Assembly: GCA_964443845.1 (NCBI GenBank)
Contig: CAYUFA010000002.1
Coordinates: forward strand, 4,595 to 68,594
Direction: 5' to 3'
Length of the DNA: 64,000 nucleotides
Source: an uncultured Ectothiorhodospiraceae bacterium
GTDB taxonomy: Bacteria; Pseudomonadota; Gammaproteobacteria; UBA9214
The notes under the pieces were generated by a model, which ran no database searches, had not been told where the DNA came from, and saw only the letters and a program-made list of their open reading frames with translations. Shown piece after piece: positions 60,812 to 64,000 of the stretch; the stretch's first letter is position 1, and every line of letters starts with the position of its first letter. A program made the position numbers and the translations under genes.

Positions 60812-61981
60812 CTAGCCGGCGGGCTGTGCGTGGCCGATCGAGTCCAGGGTGCGACGGACGATGTTGGCCGTTTCCCGCATCAGGTGCTTGCGGGCCTTGG
60901 CCTGGTACAGGACCTCGTCGGCCTCGCGGTAGATGCTGTCCTGTGGCAGGTGTACGCCCACCGGTACGCTCACCAGGCCGACGCTCAGCCCGACCGGCAG
61001 CCGGCGGCACTGGCCGCTGGGGCGCAGGTCGGCACGGATGGCCTGCAGGCAATCCTCGATCAGCTGTTCGGGCGCGTCCGCGGTGAACAGCAGCGCGAAT
61101 TCGTCCCCGCCCATGCGCACCAGGTAACCGCTTTCGCCCAGCGCCAGGGCGAAATGCAGGCTGACGCTGCGCAGGACCTCGTCGCCGTACTCATGGCCGC
61201 AGCTGTCGTTGATCGGCTTGAAGTTGTCCAGGTCGAAATAGGCGAAATGGAAGGTCTTGCCGTCCGTATGCCATTCCTGCGCGCGCAGGTCGAAGACATT
61301 CTTGAGAAAACGCCGGTTCCAGGCACCGGTCAGCGGGTCCTTGTTGGACAGGTGTGACATCCTGCGGTTGGCCTGCACCAGCTCGAAGCGGGTCTGCAGA
61401 TCGGCCTTGCGCACGCAGGTGTTGCGCGTGACCAGCAACAGGCTGATCAGTCCGGCGCTGAGCATGATGAATTGCAGTGACCAGAGCGTCTCGGCATCGA
61501 AGCGCTGGTAGGAGGCCAGCGTGGAGACCGTGAAGGTCAGGTAGATCAGGCCGGTGACCAGCAGGGCTTCGCGCAGGCCCCAGGGAACCAGCGGTGCCAC
61601 CATGAACAACAGCGCGGTGCTGGAAAACAGCACCTGGTTGAACTCGCCGCTCCTGTGCGCCAGCAGTACGAAGGCGGTCCCGCTGATCATCAGCAGCGTG
61701 GTGCCGAGCATGTACAGGGTGGCGGACTCGCGCGTGACGCGTGCCGAGAGCATGATGTGACCGGACAGGACGGACAGCAGGATGCAGGTGTAGATGGTGT
61801 GGTTGCCATAATGCAGGAAGTGAAACAGCAGCGCACTGACACCGAAGATCCACATCAATACCATGCTCAGCAGGGTCACGCCGCGGCGTGCCTCTTCCAG
61901 GGTAATGCCATGGGCGAACATGGCCACCTCCGCGGAGGAAAACCGGGTGGCGCACCACGCCTCGCGCAGCTGTTTCAGCAT
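60812..61981 (-). CDS. Membrane-anchored diguanylate cyclase (GGDEF domain)
   Basis: The N-terminal half has about 5-6 TM helices. The GGDEF domain has an intact GGDEF motif (RMGGDEFALLF), and no RxxD I-site lies 5 aa upstream. Confidence 0.9.
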   Translation of the reverse strand: MLKQLREAWCATRFSSAEVAMFAHGITLEEARRGVTLLSMVLMWIFGVSALLFHFLHYGNHTIYTCILLSVLSGHIMLSARVTRESATLYMLGTTLLMISGTAFVLLAHRSGEFNQVLFSSTALLFMVAPLVPWGLREALLVTGLIYLTFTVSTLASYQRFDAETLWSLQFIMLSAGLISLLLVTRNTCVRKADLQTRFELVQANRRMSHLSNKDPLTGAWNRRFLKNVFDLRAQEWHTDGKTFHFAYFDLDNFKPINDSCGHEYGDEVLRSVSLHFALALGESGYLVRMGGDEFALLFTADAPEQLIEDCLQAIRADLRPSGQCRRLPVGLSVGLVSVPVGVHLPQDSIYREADEVLYQAKARKHLMRETANIVRRTLDSIGHAQPAG

Positions 61982-62096
61982 TCGGCAGGTTCCTGGTTAC
62001 ATGAATGGGACCGTATCAGTCCGGACACCGGCGGCCTGCTGCCTGTAGCGGCAGTACAGCCCTGATCTTGACCTGACGTTCTGGCATGCCGGCGCT

Positions 62097-64000
62097 TCAT
62101 GGTGTGCACTGGATCTGGATGTTGTCGAACCACACGTCATCCCACGGGCCGAGGGTCGGTGAGCTGACCAGGCGGATGGCGGTGGAACCGGAAATGAATG
62201 CGCTGACGTCCACGCTGAACGGGATATAGGCGAAATCCGTGCCGCCGCCCTGGAAGCGGGTGACCTCGGTCCAGGGGCCGGTGCTGCCGTTGGTGGACAT
62301 CTGCACGGCCACGTAATCGCTGCTGCTGTCCAGACCGTTGCGGCGGTAGTACAGCGACAGCGTGGCCGTACCGGCACCGCTGAGATCGAGTGCGCGCTGC
62401 AGACCTTCGCCACCGCCGTCGTTGTCGCGCACCCGCGCCTGGTTGGTGCCCGGTGTCGACCAGGCGGTCGGGTCCGGGGCAACCTGCTCGTCGCCGCGCC
62501 GCGGACCGTCCGTCTCGTTCACTTCCTGCCAGTCGCCGCCCCAGGCCAGGGTGCCGTCATTGCCCGAATAGTCCAGGTTATTGAATTCATCACGGAAGGT
62601 CCCGTTACAGCCGGGCACACCGCCGCCGCCACCGCCGCCACCGCCACCGCCGCCACCACCACCGGTCGGCGGCACGGCGGCGGCGCTGACCACGGCGATG
62701 CCGCGCGGGCGTGCCAGGCCGCTGACGATGGTCTCGACGTTGCTGCCATCGGCGTTGGCGCGCTGCACGACATGGTTGAGGGCGTCGACCCAGTAGATGC
62801 GGTCGTGGTCGCTGTCATAGGCGATGTCCTGCGGTGCGTTCAGTCCGCTGACGATGGTCTGTGCGTTGCTGCCGTCCAGGTTGGCGCGTTTGATCCAGTC
62901 ATTGCTGGCTCCGCCGGTCCAGTACAGCTTGCCGCCGGCCAGGTCCACGGCGTTGCCGACGGCGCCGTCCGGCCCGGTGACCAGCGTAGTGACGCTGCCA
63001 CCGTTGAGATTGGTTCGTGTCACGTTGCCGTCCCCGAAATTGGTGTAGTAGACGTCGTTCTGCGCCGGGGCCAGGGTGAAGTAGGATGGCTTGTTCATGG
63101 AATTGTTGATGGTGGCGACACCGCTGCCGTCGAGGTTGGCACGTTTCACCAGGCTGGAGCCGTTGTCGTGAGTCCAGTACATTTTGCCGCCACTGGCGTC
63201 GACCTTGATGTCGAAGGTGTTGCCGGAGTCCGTATACAGGGTTTCGATATTGCTGCCATCGAGGTCGGCACGCTGGACCTGCAGGCCGTTGGTCCAGTAG
63301 ATTTTGCCGTTGACGGTGTCGAGGTCGAGACCGGTGGGCCGGTTCAGCCCGGTCAGCACGTCCTCGACGTTGCTGCCGTCGGCATCGGCGCGCTGGATCT
63401 TGTCGGCGACGTCATCGGTCCAGTACACCTTGATCCCCGGGTCGGCCGGTACCCCGTCGACGGCCCACTGGATCGCGCGCTGCACCAGCAACAGGCCGTT
63501 GTTGTTGAGGTGATCCCAGTTGAAGTAATCGATGCGGCCGATCGGCAACTGGACGCGCCGGCCCGGCGCAGTGCCGCTCGGGTAAAGCGTGGCGCCGGTG
63601 TCGAGCACCGCCAGCCCGGTGGCTCCACCGATCGTGGCGAGAGACTGCAGCCCCGCGGCGGGACTGCCGGTGATGACGGTGTTCTCCATGCCTGCGTCGC
63701 TCAGCGGGAGCGTCCCGAGCGGGAACAGGGCGGTGATGTAATGTGTGTTGTCAGTGACCTCGATACGGTCAGTCACGCTCTGGCTGCCACCGCCGGCCAT
63801 ACCCAGGCTGGCCAGCAGCCCGGCCTTCTCGTTGATTACGCCCCTGGTGGTATTGGTCAGCTTGTTGCCGACGGCGGTCGCGGACGCCGAGTCGGAGACA
63901 TACACCGCATCCGCGTTGGCCAGTGCCGTACTCACCCCCGCCTGGCTCGTGTCATCGTCGAGCAGGGTCACCGTGTAGCCCCAGGATTCGAACAGGGCCC
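62097..64000 (-). CDS. Large secreted-type protein, 5'-truncated by the window edge: N-terminal alpha/beta module + six-bladed YWTD beta-propeller + Gly15 linker + C-terminal beta-sandwich-like domain
   Basis: Six YW(T/V)(D/N/H/G) blades, each followed by (R/K)A(D/N)LDGSN. The reading frame stays open from 63971 to the window end, so the GTG at 63971 is not necessarily the start. Confidence 0.8.
   Translation of the reverse strand, partial: ALFESWGYTVTLLDDDTSQAGVSTALANADAVYVSDSASATAVGNKLTNTTRGVINEKAGLLASLGMAGGGSQSVTDRIEVTDNTHYITALFPLGTLPLSDAGMENTVITGSPAAGLQSLATIGGATGLAVLDTGATLYPSGTAPGRRVQLPIGRIDYFNWDHLNNNGLLLVQRAIQWAVDGVPADPGIKVYWTDDVADKIQRADADGSNVEDVLTGLNRPTGLDLDTVNGKIYWTNGLQVQRADLDGSNIETLYTDSGNTFDIKVDASGGKMYWTHDNGSSLVKRANLDGSGVATINNSMNKPSYFTLAPAQNDVYYTNFGDGNVTRTNLNGGSVTTLVTGPDGAVGNAVDLAGGKLYWTGGASNDWIKRANLDGSNAQTIVSGLNAPQDIAYDSDHDRIYWVDALNHVVQRANADGSNVETIVSGLARPRGIAVVSAAAVPPTGGGGGGGGGGGGGGGVPGCNGTFRDEFNNLDYSGNDGTLAWGGDWQEVNETDGPRRGDEQVAPDPTAWSTPGTNQARVRDNDGGGEGLQRALDLSGAGTATLSLYYRRNGLDSSSDYVAVQMSTNGSTGPWTEVTRFQGGGTDFAYIPFSVDVSAFISGSTAIRLVSSPTLGPWDDVWFDNIQIQCTP
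62619..62663 (-). repeat. (GGY)15 trinucleotide tract encoding 15 consecutive Gly
   Basis: On the plus strand the sequence is acc gcc gcc gcc acc gcc gcc acc gcc acc gcc gcc acc acc acc. Confidence 0.9.

Noticed and set aside
62490-62498. An RGD tripeptide (PRRGDEQ) in the C-terminal domain of the beta-propeller protein.
   Set aside because: A three-residue motif is expected by chance in a protein of more than 620 aa. There is no supporting context for integrin-type recognition.
63969-63971. The GTG that the ORF track gives as the start of the 624-aa protein.
   Set aside because: The frame stays open upstream to the window edge (..ALFESWGYT-VTLL..), and the residues look like a continuation of a folded domain. 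The gene is treated as 5'-truncated.
63975-64000. GGATTCGAAC, which resembles the reverse complement of a tRNA T-arm, at the window edge.
   Set aside because: It falls in frame inside the open reading frame of the beta-propeller protein (..ALFESWGY..). No acceptor or anticodon arms can be assembled from the visible sequence.

Overview
This is a 64-kb, visibly G+C-rich bacterial chromosomal segment (composition judged by eye, not computed). Gene content and local synteny point to a gammaproteobacterium (inference). The supporting blocks are gcvR-bcp / dapA-bamC-MBL-purL, glyA-nrdR-ribD-ribE-ribBA-ribH-nusB-thiL-pgpA, xseB-ispA, parE-parC, epmB / efp-epmA, a Mla-like ABC transporter, and trmJ-cysE-iscR. 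I support about 59 CDS. I saw no rRNA, tRNA, CRISPR array, IS element or integrase by eye. Most of the window is ordinary housekeeping. Five parts are unusual. (i) At the right end (56.5-64.0 kb, minus strand), a 5'-truncated six-bladed YWTD beta-propeller protein and a membrane GGDEF cyclase precede a tightly coupled five-gene PilM/PilN/PilO/PilP-like + secretin operon. No pilin, ATPase or platform gene is present, and the operon runs straight into a Fur-controlled feoAB. This is my best candidate for an undescribed secretion or adhesion module. (ii) At 16.0-18.0 kb there is a Cys-rich lipoprotein of unknown function, followed by a near-consensus sigma54 promoter with an upstream inverted repeat that drives a 72-aa four-Cys ORF. 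(iii) The left end carries an orphan Sfp-type PPTase, a CsgD/VpsT-like LuxR regulator with a pseudo-receiver behind a consensus sigma70 promoter and a direct-repeat array, an OMP + LolA-like pair, and about 1 kb with no credible gene. (iv) A HAMP adenylate cyclase is translationally coupled to a coiled-coil lipoprotein. (v) A rubrerythrin / CCG Fe-S oxidoreductase / DUF3501 triad is present. Many very long ORFs in the six-frame track are antisense shadow ORFs typical of high-GC DNA and were rejected. All domain calls come from motifs read by eye; no searches were run.
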